Shown here piece after piece: positions 26,995-40,816 of a stretch of 64,000 bases of DNA. Position 1 is the first letter of the stretch. Every line of letters begins with the position of its first letter. The notes under the pieces were generated by a model. That model saw only the letters and a list, made by a program, of their open reading frames with translations. It ran no database searches and had not been told where the DNA came from. A program made the position numbers and the translations under genes. The stretch lies in assembly GCA_051362555.1 (NCBI GenBank), contig CM120648.1:5948587-6012586 (forward strand). The letters are read 5' to 3'. Origin of the DNA: Lingula anatina (Eukaryota; Animalia; Brachiopoda).

Positions 26995-29162
26995 AATGTA
27001 TCTTATGATGTGTAGCATTTTGGATCGTGACTGAGAAATGACGAATACTGCGAAAAAAGATTTTTCATTATGATACTAAAGACTGATTTCCAAGTTACTG
27101 AAGGTCCGTTTATTTCAGATTAACAAACGTACTAGGAAAGACGATGCTGTGAACATAGTTACGATTCTTTCATTCTCGTTACTTCGTGTAATGGCTTCTC
27201 GTGTTGATTAATATTAATATACTGAATTTGCGAACACGATAAGATTTCTAATTGCTTTTAGAAAAGCAACCAATATTTTTTACATTAAAGTACTAATCTT
27301 TCTTTTCTATTTTCATAATTCTCAAGATCTCTGTCTAACAAATATTTTTGAGAGTGAAATATTTGAATAAATTGTCAAATTTAGCCAATTTTACTTCATT
27401 TTTACCTGAGAATCTAGAGAAAATAAAATGAACTTAACCCAAAGGTGAGTTAATAAGTAATTGCGTTAAATGTGACACCGCATCTCAGTTGCGTTAGTTG
27501 AGACGACTAACTAACCAACACAATCGCTTATTAACTCCAACAAAGGAGTTGCGCAACTCCTAGCAACAATCCAGTCAATCATTTGGGGACATAAAAACGT
27601 CTTGGTGCCGTCCCAGTCATTTAGAATCCAAAGAATGAGATGAAAAGTGAAATGCCTTTGTGGCATGAGAATTACTTATCTATGTTCAGTAAGTAACTGT
27701 AAAGTACTACGGAAATAATTTAAGTCAGAAAACTGACACAGCAACACTTTTACAACTGTGTCAAGTGATTTCAAGGGAGATTTTCTTTAAATATAAGCAT
27801 AAAGTAAGGTCAAAGTTGTCCACTGGTTTACAATAAATATAAAACCTAATACAACTAATTGGGAATATTTCAATATGAAATTTGACAAAGGCCGTAACAA
27901 AACTTTGTGCTTGTGTGTGATTCCAATCAGTTACTTTCATTGACACAATTATACAATCTTTAACTGATCGGCTTTTAGTTGAGAGAAATACCCAGGCTGC
28001 GCATAGTTGTGGGATGTCAGAGTCATAGAGGACGAAATTCACTTTTTTCGCTGTATCTAGAATCTCGATGAAAACTTTTCTAAAGTGTTTAGGCAAATAG
28101 AACACTATCTAATGCTCGTTGTAATAAAGAAACATTCATAAATCTTATGACAAGTTCAAAAGTGACCAATGTCACTGTTGCTTTGCCCTGACGTCTACGA
28201 TAAAGCTATTTAGAGCAGTATGATAGTACATTTAAAGTCGAACCAAGACGTCTTCCAAGGTCATAACGAAGCACCTCTTAACATCTGAAGAACACCTTGG
28301 AACAGGTCTCGCGTGGGCCTAACGCTACCCCTATGATGACGTTATGATAACCCCGACCTTTATGAATAACTGTAAGTGTATGAATGCTGAGGTGGGCGAA
28401 TATAAAGCACCGGGGAGGGAGAGAGGGAGGAAGAGAAACAAAATATATAGCAATGGAAATTTCTCTGCAAATCTCCCTCTGATCTTATTACCTTTTTACT
28501 TAACTTTAGTGCCTATACTAGTCTAAATGTTAAAGTCGAGCTTTGTGACTTCGTATCAATTGACTTGGGATTTAATGTTTTTTCGATACAGATTTCGAAA
28601 CATAATATATATCTGGTTGCTTTCGCCGAATCAGTGTTACTATTGACAGTCAGTTTGAACTAGTGACAGACACTACCATATACGGTACATTAGGTTGATA
28701 AATAAAGATTTGAACTGCGTGATTACTTTCTTTACTTCACCATGAGGAACATAGTGGCCATTCCCAGAGCCTATCGTAATAACTTTGGATCGATCTATCT
28801 CCAAGGGGATTCTCACTAAATTGCTATCAAGTTAAGCAGCTTAGTTGTCTTGCACGCCCTCTGAATCTGTTAGGGGGTAATTAAGTTTAGCGGCTTCAGT
28901 AGGCGTGCCAGACATCTAAGCCGCCTAAGCTTAAAGCAATTTAGCGAGAAACCCCTTGGAGATAGATTGATCCTGTTAGATCGATCTAGGCATGGGAACC
29001 CAGTCTAAGGTCAAATGATTGCATGATAATTTTTTATTTAATATAAGTAAAAGATAACTTTGGCCTTCGCTTCACACGCTTGACAAACTAAGTTGTAGAG
29101 CGATCCATCCTCTTTAAACTTGCTAACCGTTTTTGTTAAGTTGACCCTGAAGAAGTGACAAA

Positions 29163-32100
29163 ATGAAGACTCTGCCAGTTTTGATCGCGATGGCGGCAAC
29201 ACTTGCGACTTGTAAGTATACAGCGATGCATGTGCTAAATCAAATTTAATATGAGAAACTGTGTATTTCTATATTATTCTTTAAATCCATCCCTTCTCTC
29301 TTCCTCTATCCTTCTCACTTTCTTTCACTAAAATGTGTGTTTGCGTGTGTTTGTAGTTCTGTCCATAAGTATCTTATCCAAGATTTTCCCACACAAAGAC
29401 GCCTTTTCTTCCACACGCCCTAATGGAGTACTTGTAACGTCTGATCGGAAAAACACCGTAGTATTATATATATTAGTCTTTCATGGTCTTTCTCAATCAC
29501 TGTTACGACAGTATGACAATTTAACCCCACCTTCTTCACAAAACTGTATATAATAGTCTCATTTTAATCCTGTATGCCCCTGAAGAGCCTTTGAGAGAAT
29601 CAGATATGGTCTAGGGCATTAAAGAATGGAAGAAGTTGTTTTAATTTTTTATCTTGTTTATATATATATATATATATATATATACGTGTATGCGATTGTT
29701 GATCGCAAACGTAGGCGATCATAGGGATTTTTTCCGCCAAAGCGAATCATCCTCAAAATAGAAAAGAATTATCCTACTCCTGAACCATTGCTCGACCCGT
29801 CGTGATTTAGTTTTAAATGGCTGACCACATACGTAGTCTGCCATGTTTTATTTTATGTTTCAGTAGGAAATTTCGACATCAGGTACTTTGGGATATACAT
29901 GTAGTTTTGCAGGATATGTAGACATGCCTGCATAGCATACGGTTTTAGGGCATTTTCAAGCACAAATAGTATTCAGTGTGTGTGTAACGAGCCTACATGC
30001 GTATATACATGTGTGTTTGTGCTTGCGCTCTCGTGTAGGGGTGGATGGTTTTAAAACAAAAGGAAGCACTTAAAAACCATTATATATTCTGACAAGTGAA
30101 AAATTTCACATTATGTCATTCTTCCTTTTAATCGAATAGATTGGATTTCAAAACGACGAAAAGTAAAATAATATATTTTTATAGCTCTGAGAACCCTCAT
30201 AATTGTCCCTCTTGAAAAGACGAGATATACTTGCGATGAATTATTTTGCTAAGCATCTTTTAACAAAATCCCTTTTAACACTACCTTTATACAAGAACTA
30301 CTAGCTATTACAAACTCGATCCTTTAACCGAATTCATAACTTCTAAAACAACGAGAAGGGTCTCTGATAGAGCTTTTTTTACACTAAGCAAAGGAAGTAA
30401 ACGATTTCAGTGCCATAAAACATCGCTGTTGTCTTGGCAACCCTGTGTGTGCCCTCACTTAACCTAATCACCCCTCAGGAGTGGCTGAAAAAGAGACCGG
30501 TGCAAACAAACCGGCTAATTCTGGAAAAAAACCGCTTTATCTGGGACGGTGCTGGATTCGTGCTGATGGCGCATTCAGGTGATAGACCGGGCCATGGTAT
30601 CTACTTCCTTGTTGCTGATAATCATTTTTGGAACACTTGTAATGCGCATGCGTTACGACTGGCTTACGTGACTGTAATGGGTAATTTTCCATTGCTATCT
30701 TAGTAGGCAGATATAAGTGTCTAGAAAAGCGATTGCGTGAAATGGCTGGATATTTTATAATGTTTCTATATGTGCACGAGACGGAAAGATAGAGATGGAT
30801 GATATTGAATGAATTATTTTATTAAAGGCTACAAGTACAAGTATCACCAAAAATTTGACAACTAAAAATAATGACCTGTGACAAATAAGTAAGGATTTTT
30901 TTTAGTTTATAAAGCCGTCGACCACGCAGGCTATTCAGGGCCGTAGCCTGAGCAAAATGCCAGGGGGGGCAGTAAGCGGACACGAGGGGGCGAAGCCCCC
31001 GAGGGGGGAGGGGGTGTCCCCCTACCAGTGTGGAAACTTCTAAATCCCAGGGGGGGCAGCTGCCCCCCTGCCCCCCCGGAGGCTAAGGCCCTGCTATTTA
31101 TTGCGTTATTTAGAATAAACACTGTAGACATTTTCTGAGACGTTTGACATCATACCCGCTTCCTATCAAGTTGCAAATGTTCTACTTTAGTAAAAATAAA
31201 CTAGGACGGTTGGAAAATGTGAGATAGTGCTGTGAGCGACAGTAACGAAGGTTTAAAATTTAGTCCACTAATGATTTTTCTTTGTATTTTAGAATAAATC
31301 TAGTAATTCGTTTTTAGTGTTTTAATTTGACTGATGTAAGTGAAGTCCCACTTGGACAAACAAACGCTTACCAGTAAGATATAAAAAAGTTTAATGGACC
31401 TACCCAGTACATGGATGTATTGATAATCAGTGATATACATGTAAATACATTAAAATACATGTATATACATTGTTCATGTGACTAAATTTGCTATCAGAAT
31501 GTTTTTATACATTAACAAGTTATAGCATGGGTAAAGATTTTTCCAATAGTTAGATTTTCATAATGATTATGCAACTAAACCCACTCCTATACATGTAATA
31601 TAAATATTTAGTAACTTATCTTATCAGTTATTACTATTTTCACTCCCGCGCTGCACTCAGATGGAATCCTGGGCCTCTCGAAAGATGAAATTACAACGCT
31701 GCATCCAGGGGACAAAACCCAGAATTGTAACAGCCCGCCAGTTTGCATTTTCTGACAATACATCTTTTTCAGGTGATGTCCTCAGATGCTACTCATGTCT
31801 CAGTCTAAAGAACGAGGGGTGCAGAGATGCCTTTAATGCTAGCAGTGCTGTCATAACCACATGTGACACAGCGTGCGCAAAAGCAATTATTACAGTGAAG
31901 TATTTAGGTACGGAAAAAACGAGAAAAAATGGAAATGTGTTCTTCTGGATAAAAGAGTTCTAACAAAATTACAAGGAAAATTAATTTATTAGTTAATATA
32001 TTAATTTATTTGTCTGTCTTTCTATTCATCTATTCACTTCGTAATGAAGTAAAATCGTTATCTTTAATGTACTACAGACTTGACATTTAATATGGAATAT

Positions 32101-34015
32101 TTTTTTCCAAGTAATTTTTCATCAGTTTTTTGCTATTTTGCTGACTGATAAATGAAAATAAGGATTAAAATCGTGTTTTAATAACTTTAAATTATCTCTT
32201 TGATGTCATGCTGACACCAGCTCATTGGTTGAATTCGACAGTGAGGCAAACAGAAATACATTGCCTATTCTATGTCATACGACATCCATTAAAAGAGATA
32301 TTTTGGATCTCTATATTTTCAAAATTATCGTCTGTAAAAGAGTTATACGCTACACAATGGACCCTCATGTCAGTGTGTAGTCATAGTAACGGTCGCTGTT
32401 ACGCCTGGCCTCTTCTGTCTGTTACCAGCGCTCTCAAGCGGCAAGGCATTCCTTGGGAAAAGTTTTTAGAGTTCAATCTGGAATATTATTCCAGGCATCG
32501 GTCCAAAATTGTCCAATTTGGTCCAGTTTTGATGTAGGGCATGTAAGCAGTTGATTCGGCGAGTAATGGCTTACCCACATATTGTCTATGCGGTTCAAAT
32601 GTGGCGATTTTGATGACCAGGGTAGCTGCTCATTCCCTTGGTTCTGTAAGTTATCTGCTATTAAAAGTGCTCTGTGTGAACTGGCAATCTGACCGTGCAA
32701 CCTAAAATTGTTCCTAAGGTGCCCCTTATCAAATGATAGTCAAGTGGTTCCCAGATTATTCCTTTATTTGATCTGGTTCAGGTTTTCGTCAATGACTACC
32801 ATTGGTGTTTTGGCACCAATGTGGTATCCACTCCAAATACTGACGCTGTCAATGACCCGTGTCACTTTACACGCGGTACATGCTTCGTCGTAGGCCTCTT
32901 CTGGATGTCTGTAAACTCTGTTTTGACTAGCTGGGAGGTACAGGTGAAATCTGACCTCAATAAAGAAAGCCACGCGGTTTCAGTGTTCAACCCAGAAACG
33001 GTCATGGCCCCCAATTCATTAGAGAAACAGACGACGATGTTTTGCTGTTTACAGTGGGTACTTCGCAGGTCATCTGGTATTCTAACCTGCTAAAACCAGT
33101 TTGGTGCTCGTTAAGGGCCTTGAAAAACGCATTTTGGTGGCAATTTACCCCTCGTTCTGAACAGACTGGGTGGCATTTGTTTAGTTGCAGCAGCGTATCC
33201 CGAAAGACAGTGCGTCCTGTACCCTGGAGATAAGATTTCGATGCATTGGGTGTGACCTCTTTGTAGTTACATCAGTCTGGGCATTACTCTATAAAACTGT
33301 GCGGACCGTTCCGTTTGGCGCTGCAATCTGTCTGGTAATGTCTGTCTTTTTCGCGCCATTCTGCCACAAATTTACAAATTTATAAAGCACTCATTAGCTC
33401 ATTTTACGCACTGCAAAACTGACCGCTTGCATGCAAAATTTCGAATTCTTCTTTGGAATAGTTGCCGACATACGGATACTTTTTTGACAGAACCAAGATT
33501 TGCCTAAGCCAAGCATTGACCAGCCCAAAGGAACACTACCCAATTAAATCACCGCATTTTACATAATGTAGCAGCGCAACAGACATGGAAGTCAGTTAAT
33601 TGGTAGCGACACACCTGACTACACACTTCTCCATTCACAAATCCTATATGAGATAGGAGTTTTTTTAAAAAAGAACGAATTTTTACCTAGGCATACCTTC
33701 GAAACTGAAATATTCCATATTAAATGTCAAGTCTGTATCTTTTCATTAATGATTCGCATAATTCATTAACTTTTTTGTCAATTTGTACTATCCCATTCAG
33801 GGTCTGTCCAAACGACCTACTCCAGAGGCTGCAATTATTCACCTCAGGATACTTTGGACTGCACAGAGACCAGCATTGAGCAAGGGGGCAACAGCGAGTC
33901 CAGTAAAATTTGCCTTTGCAACAGCGACTTGTGCAACTCGGCCTCAAACCTGCTGCCCTCTATCGTCCAGATCGTCATAATTGCTGTTGCAGGTCTTTTC
34001 TCCCAGATGTTTTAG
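29163..34015 (+). CDS. Ly6/uPAR three-finger protein D; exons 29163-29211, 31773-31907, 33801-34015
   Basis: MKTLPVLIAMAATLATCDVLRCYSCLSLKNEGCRDAFNASSAVITTCDTACAKAIITVKYLGSVQTTYSRGCNYSPQDTLDCTETSIEQGGNSESSKICLCNSDLCNSASNLLPSIVQIVIIAVAGLFSQMF; intron 2 is enlarged by a Tc1-like insertion. Confidence 0.9.
30936..31093. mobile_element. hAT-like MITE with 5-bp TSD CTATT
   Basis: TIR CAGGGCCGTAGCC / GGCTAAGGCCCTG; empty sites GCAGGCTATTTATTGCG at ~41611 and ~52278. Related CAGGCCCGTAGCC elements occur at ~20389, 39746-39901, 45455-47770 (split), 51271-51445 and 57822. Confidence 0.8.
32045..33725 (-). mobile_element. Decayed Tc1/mariner-type transposon in intron 2 of gene D
   Basis: Minus-strand fragments VRFHL..NRVYRHPEEAYDEAC..SVSIWSG...KTPMVVIDENLN and ASSHRA...LQNQGNEQLPWSSKSPHLNRIDNMW match Tc1 DDE motifs (WPxxSPDLNPIENxW). 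The insertion is absent from the paralogous G intron 2. Boundaries are approximate. Confidence 0.8.
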
Positions 34016-34799
34016 AATACATAATGTGTGTGCAAAAATAAAAGCTCATTTAAAATTGGCAACAAATAGCAACGGCATTTAACGAACTACAATCTAATTG
34101 TATACCTTTATAATTCTGAAAATCTATAGTCTGTACAAGTATCAAAGATAATGAGACTGAATTTTTTTCATTTAATTTGTCATATGTATCTACTTCTTCT
34201 AGGCGTTTCCCTCGAAATAAATCGAAAATGAAGGGAACTGAAGTAGAAAACAATAATTTGATCGAATAAAGAAAACCTGTTATACACAATTGACACCAGA
34301 ATCTGGGTTTTGTTATTTGGAACGATCACTTACGAGCTAGAACAGATCAGAACAATATGAAGGGGGAAAATGCTTCTTACAATGAATTCGCTGGAGTGTC
34401 CTTAAAACCTATATAAATATCCTATTCAAACTTACCTTTTCAAAATCACTATTTATCACAAAAATAGCATATTTGACATTTTACATCCGTCCTAACAACG
34501 GGAAGGTTCTCCATCGGTCTTTAAATTTCAAACCAGATCAGAAATTTTCATTTGTACAAAGATGAACAATAAATTCCCGTGTTCTCGACCATGTGTCTGT
34601 ACCCACCTTCCCCTCTACCGAAAGAGTGTCACCCCTAATGCAATGGCGATGCACTAAAATGCGTAAATAGAAACAAAAATTCATGTCATAAACCAATTTT
34701 GTTTATTCAACTTCATAAAGCATTTTTTCACAAAACTTAACTGATTGTACAATTAATGAATAAACTAACGACAGTAAAAAAAACCATATCGACATTTTA

Positions 34800-35900
34800 G
34801 TATTTTGTACAGGGTCCTACGGATAGGAGGATGCACCTGAGCATCTGGGCCTGGGCCCTGCGTCTGGGCCGGCTTTGTAATCTTTTTGGAGTGATGACGT
34901 TTCACTTATAATGTGCATGAGATCATATTTGTTTGCAGGGTTATCACTCAGTTATCCGAGGATTCTCAATGATGTTCTAATCCAGGGACAGCGCTGGCCG
35001 TTGCTGGGTCTGGATCGTGTTCGCATATAACCAGCCTACTGTTGCATTGACTGTACATGGAGTAGTATCAGACCTACCCAACAACCAGACTTGGCACCGA
35101 ATGATCCTCAATTCACAGGTAGATCGGACCACAATACCCGTTTTCAAGGTGTGTATCAGTATCAGACGCAACACCGCTCTTGCCTAGTACGCGATGTAAT
35201 AGTGATGATTCTCAGCGGTTGGAAAATAGTGCATCTTATCTCAAAATTTGTACTGGGGCATGATACTGTGAAATGCGTACTGACGCACACCTTGAAAACG
35301 GGTAGTGTTGTCCGATCTACCGGTGAATTCGGGTCATTCGGTGCCGAGTCTGGTAGTTGGGTAGGCCTGAGTATTATCATGTTGAAACATAACTGGGCGG
35401 TCATGATCCCCAAAGATATTCTCAACACAGTTCCTTAGGTTCCTGTTCCAGTACATGGATGCATTGCACTGCATTCAGGTTCCCGTTGACCATTGGCAGC
35501 TCACCTGCACCATAGTGGCAAGTACAGCCCATACCATGAATTATGTGGGATGCGTCCTGTCGACCAGAGGCAGAAAATTTGGAAGATAAATTCATACCCG
35601 CTGTTTTCAAAACCCTTACGTGTCAATCACTTCTGACAACACTGAACCCGCTTTCATCTAAGAACAGTATCATTCTGGTATACCATATGACTCAACGTGG
35701 ACGTGGACGGTTCCTGGCGGCAAACACTGGTCTCCTAACAGATCGCAAAAAAATGTAAATATGAGAGAGTCTCCTTTGGCACAGAGGTCAGATTCGCCTC
35801 TATTACGCGACTAATGCAGCCACTGCATCAATGAACTTTTTCGGAATAATGGTCGATTTGAGATCAATGCTTCTTTATTTTTTGGAATACCGGTAAGTGC
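34800..35900 (-). mobile_element. Second decayed Tc1-type transposase remnant, partly duplicated at ~53855-54260
   Basis: Minus-strand GAGELPMVNGNLNAVQCIHVLE, QHDN-like and RPALSLD*NIIEN motifs. Boundaries are approximate. Confidence 0.65.
35068..35370. mobile_element. MITE with ~95-bp TIRs nested in the Tc1 remnant
   Basis: TCAGACCTACCCAACAACCAGACTTGGCACCGAATGA... / ...TCATTCGGTGCCGAGTCTGGTAGTTGGGTAGGCCTGA. Confidence 0.75.
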
Positions 35901-36632
35901 ATGTACATGTAGGTCAATATTCTACATCCCTAATCTTCGCGCTGATCGGTTGCCTAGCTGCATGGTATTATGGGGAAGGGATGACATTTTTTGGTGGGGA
36001 ATCAATGTGTGTCAACACTTCGAGCGCATGAATTTTTTGATGTTACAGCACTCTAAAGACTGATTTATATTAAGAACCTTCTAAACAATAAATTAACCTA
36101 TCAAGAAAATTATGTTTGGTCTATTTTTCACCACAACATGATATTTTGTTGGAATTAAATGTCTCCTACACGCCAAAGTCACCTGCGTGACGTAGTATTG
36201 TAACGAGACGCACACATCTGCTGTCTGTGATGTTAGTTGATACGCAATGAGGTGTCCCCTAGGTGGCAGTTCTCGCGGGAGCCAAGATAATCCTGCACGT
36301 TAAGTGACTGCCGTATTAATCTTTAAAAGAAAGGAAAACAGTGAACCGGTAACAAAATTTGTTTTTGTTCTATTGTGCCTTTGAAAAACCGTTCTTTTGT
36401 AGCACTGTTATTCTAACCCCGATATGAAAATGGCTCACCTTTTCTTGTAGCCATAGTAACCAGATATTGTTTATGTTTTGAAGGCTGTTGGGTAATTTTT
36501 ATATGAGAAGCAAAAAACGTTGACCTACTCTGACTGCACAAGCCGACTGACAAACAAAACGGTGGGATTTACCTGCTCTCTGTTATTTACAGTGCAACGT
36601 TGTAGTAAAGTTGACTTTCGATAAGAAACAAG

Positions 36633-39607
36633 ATGAAGACCCTGGCAGTTTTGATCGTACTGGCTGCGACACTGGCAACTTGTAAGTACACAGTATATTG
36701 TGATGATCCGTGTTACATCAAACTGTCTAAAAGAAAAGGTGTGCTTGAATTGCTCTACTTTTTATTTCAGAAATTACTTTATATTAATCAAATTTTGCTT
36801 TAAATTCTTTCTACATATGTGCACGCGCGCGCTCGCATGTGTGTGCACTTGTGGGTGGGGAAGGATGTTTCTAAAACAAAAGTGCGACATTTCCAAACCA
36901 GCATTTACAAACCAGCTTTTTACAGGTTATAATTTTCATTTTAAGGGCATTTTCCCTTTGGTACACTGAATGGAAGGGACTTCTAGAAGAGACAAAACAA
37001 TGATTTTAATAAGTTTAAGGTCAAGCCACTTTCGCTTTGCAGAATTGCGCAGTAACGATCTATTCGGTTCCACGTAAATAACATCAAGGTGAGAACGCCA
37101 TGATTCATTTCGTGCGGTCCCGCCTGGCACCGTTTTAACAAAAGTCGTTTATACACTAACCCCAGGAAGAAGTTGATTTCGTTGCCATAAAACATCTTTG
37201 TTGTCCTGGGAACACGGTGTTAACCCTCAGTTAACCAAACCACATGCTCAGGGGTTGCTAAAAAGACCGGTGCAACAAACCGTCTGCTTCCGGAAAAAAC
37301 TGATTTGTCTGAGACGGTGCTGAATTCGGCAAATGGCGCATTCAGGCGGTAATCCGAGCCCCAGACATTAAGTCTTATGTGACGTGTCAAGTTTGACCTG
37401 CCTCCTTCCACTGCATGACATCTTCATTGTCCTCGCGCAGGCGCACCCTTCTGTGATAACGGCTGTATATACAATACGCACTGTTGCACAAATCGGAATA
37501 ATAGTGCAGAGCCGGTGAAGAGGTATTAGGGAGGATACTGCCAATATTACGTATCTCAAGCTTGAAGTTACAGGCTAAAATTACTGATTTGTATTTGAAA
37601 ATTTCAGTTTTAATCTAATATTATTATTTTATCATTATTTTAAAAAATAAACTACTACTCACATCATTACCTGAGTTGAATATTGGCAAAAACAAGCTGA
37701 GCTGAGATTGTTCAGTTTTATAAATAATCGATGATAATCGATGAGTTTACATTATACATTGTTGCGGTTTTGGTGGAGCTCATTGTGGACTGAAGTGTTT
37801 ATTTTGTGAATTAGTTACACCGAGGTGGAATTCAAGGTTTTTTCGGGATTTTTTGGCCTCAATTCGATTTTTTTTTTTTTTTTAAAGCAATTATTCCTAC
37901 TCACGCATCATCGCGCGAACATGGCCTGCACTTGGATTCAATGTCTTATACCATTCATTAATAAATAATTTAGTTCTAAATGTCTGAAGGCCATATGTCT
38001 TTCTGTACATATTAAAATGTTTAGTAGACGTCAAATACTTGAATTTGTTTTAATTCCTGAATTGGGAAGATAAGTAACTTTGCTGGATATGTGGACAAGA
38101 CGAAAATGGAATTAGGACATTTTTATACACGCATAGTATACCTTTACCTGTGCCAATATATAAGATATAAATTTGTATCATTTAGATATCCGGGATACTG
38201 AGTGCATCTGGTTTTAGGAGAGTTCAATTAATATATATTCTCTTTGTACGGAATTACACATTGAACGGAAGAGCTTTAACCTACAGTTTTTAACAAATTG
38301 AAATACTATCCAGGTAGAGTTGAAATTCAACCGTGTTTAAACTTTAACTACCATACAAAAATTTAATACAGACGAGAGAGATTGAGAAGGTTTCATATAT
38401 ATATATATACAGTAACATTACTTTCTATGTGTTTAAATGATCAGTAATTTATTTTTAAGAGCTTTTATTAATTTTAGTTGTACATTCACAGGTTTTAGTC
38501 TCTCATAACCTTTAGTAGGGTGGATATAATTTTTAAACGTGAGACGTTAATAAAATCGTTATTATTATTACTATACAGACACCTGGGATAAGCACGTGCA
38601 GTGTTTATTACCCTCCGTGGGTTACCTCACTGTGCGTAGCTATTATTAATTTTAGGAACGACACCGCAGGACACCATAAATATCCGCTGTAATAATTTAA
38701 TACCCAGTTTATTTTAATTCTTTTTTTTTAAACGTTACTCCTTCAGGTGACGCATTTCTCTGCTACAGCTGTTACGGTTCCGAGAGTTCCTCGTGTGGAG
38801 ATATATTCAGTGAAAGCAGCGCCAATACAGTGACCTGTTACACTGCGTGCTACAAGACCGTTAGCACATTGGATACCTTTCTAGGTAAAGTACAAAAAAT
38901 AAAATATCGTCTACCAAATCAAAAGACACGGACGGATCCAGGCTAATTTGAAGGGGGGGGGGGGGGTCCACCGATGCGAAGCTACCTTGGCGTGGGGTTC
39001 GGGGCCTGCGGAAGGGCCGCAAAATTTTTGGTATTTTAGAGGGGGAACTGTGCCATTTCGTACTGTTGAGAACTATGATTCGGCTAGTCGAAATTCTAAT
39101 TTCAGGAGGGACCATTGGATTTTCAGAAATCGAAGGGGGTCAGGACCCCCTCACCCCCATAAGTCCGTCACTGTGAACTTCACTTTTCTGTATAAAAGAG
39201 TTCTATAAAAATTTTAAGGACAATGAATTGATTAATACAGTTGTTTATTTGGCTGGCTATTTGTTCAGTTAGTTAGGAGGTAGGTCAGTCGATTATCTTT
39301 TATTTACCTATCTCATTAACTTTTTTTCCAATTTTATTAATTAAGTTGTTTGTTTTTTCATCAAACTATGCCATTTAATTCAGGCTCTCGCACCGTGTAC
39401 ACCAGGGGATGCGCCTCAGGTTCTTATAATCCCATTACCTGTGCCAGTAGTAGTAGTGGCACCTCCGGCTACAGTGGATCCACGGTGTATTGCAATTGCG
39501 ACAGCAATTTGTGCAACTCCGCCTGTACCCTGCTGCCCTCTATCGTCCAGATCGTCGTGTTTTTCGCAGCAGCTTTTTCTGTCAAACGTTTTAAATACAT
39601 TGCATGA
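36633..39607 (+). CDS. Ly6/uPAR three-finger protein E with frameshifted extreme C-terminus; exons 36633-36681, 38747-38884, 39384-39607
   Basis: MKTLAVLIVLAATLATCDAFLCYSCYGSESSSCGDIFSESSANTVTCYTACYKTVSTLDTFLGSRTVYTRGCASGSYNPITCASSSSGTSGYSGSTVYCNCDSNLCNSACTLLPSIVQIVVFFAAAFSVKRFKYIA. Confidence 0.88.
38927..39173. mobile_element. G/C-run-rich hAT-like MITE in intron 2 of gene E
   Basis: Ends CACGGACGGATCC...TCCGTCACTG; absent from the paralogous introns of F and H. Confidence 0.55.
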
Positions 39608-40816
39608 TATATAGCGTTTGAGACTGTGAGCTGAAATAACAAGAAGTGAAACACAGAACTTTGACAAAGGTTTCCAATTATTTTCATGGATTATTTTATT
39701 TCTTTTTTATTTTATTTACTTTCCTTCTCGTGATCTCATAACTATCAGCCCCGCAGCCCGCAATGCAAAGGGGGGTTCTTTTTCTGAAATAGTGGACCTT
39801 TTACAATGAAAACTTCGTGTACCTAGACAAAATTTTACTCAAAATGTACCTTTTCCCGGCAAACCCCCCCCTCCCCCCCCCCTCCACCGGCCACGGGCCT
39901 GATTATTGCTATGCGCTGTAATTATGAAAAGAGGAGCACAACCATTTAGACAAGTAGTATTTATATATAGGTATCAATCATTACATAATTTAACGTAATG
40001 GTTTAATATTATTTTCTTTTTAATTTTTGAATAGCTTAGTGTAACAGCACATGCATGTACAATGCACTTTCAATGTTTTTCAACGGTATACTGATGTTTT
40101 CATGGATATGTTATGTGATATTCAGTGTCTCATAGCTCTGTATGGAACTGCCACGTTTTATTGTTCTTTGTTTGTATTCCCTTTTTATGGGTGAGACTTT
40201 AATAAAATATCTTGATCTTGATCTTGGTATTATATTCTTATTACTACATGTAGGCCTAACTTCGTTTAGGCCTACACTGTCAAGCCGCATCAGCATGGGC
40301 ACGAATAATAAAGAAGTGCTTATTCAACTCGTCTACTGAAAAATATTATGTTGCCACGTTAAAGGTTACACAAATTATGCAAATTATCATTCCATATAAC
40401 AGCGAACATTGAGAGTGTGTACATTAATGTACAGACTTTGTGTAATATTTGCATAATTTTGACCTTCTCCATTATTATCACTGTTTTATACTAAAGTAGG
40501 CCTACCCTCCAGTATGCAAATAAATAACCATAACTGAAAAGTAATTTTAAAAAACTTTACATTATGTGTGTGTCACTGACTTATACATGTACTGGTACAG
40601 TATGTTCATTGTTTTTTGGAATGACTTTGGTACGTTTGTCAAAGAGAGCGTGATCGTAGGCCTACAGTGCATGGCATTAAAATTGTCTGAACAACTAATT
40701 GCAGGGTAACCGTCCTTGATTGGTTTTAATTTCTCGAGGACTTGGCTTTCGTATATCTTCATATGTATACTGTAGTAGTTCCTAACCACTCTCCCTACCG
40801 TGCGAATACAACCGTA

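Noticed and set aside
26773-27018. Minus-strand ORFs opposite exon 3 (also 39416-39667 and 50931-51122)
   Set aside because: These are antisense shadows of the conserved Ly6 exon 3.
36700-37559. Repeated short ORFs in intron 1 of E, F and H
   Set aside because: They recur only because of segmental duplication, and their frames are not preserved between copies.
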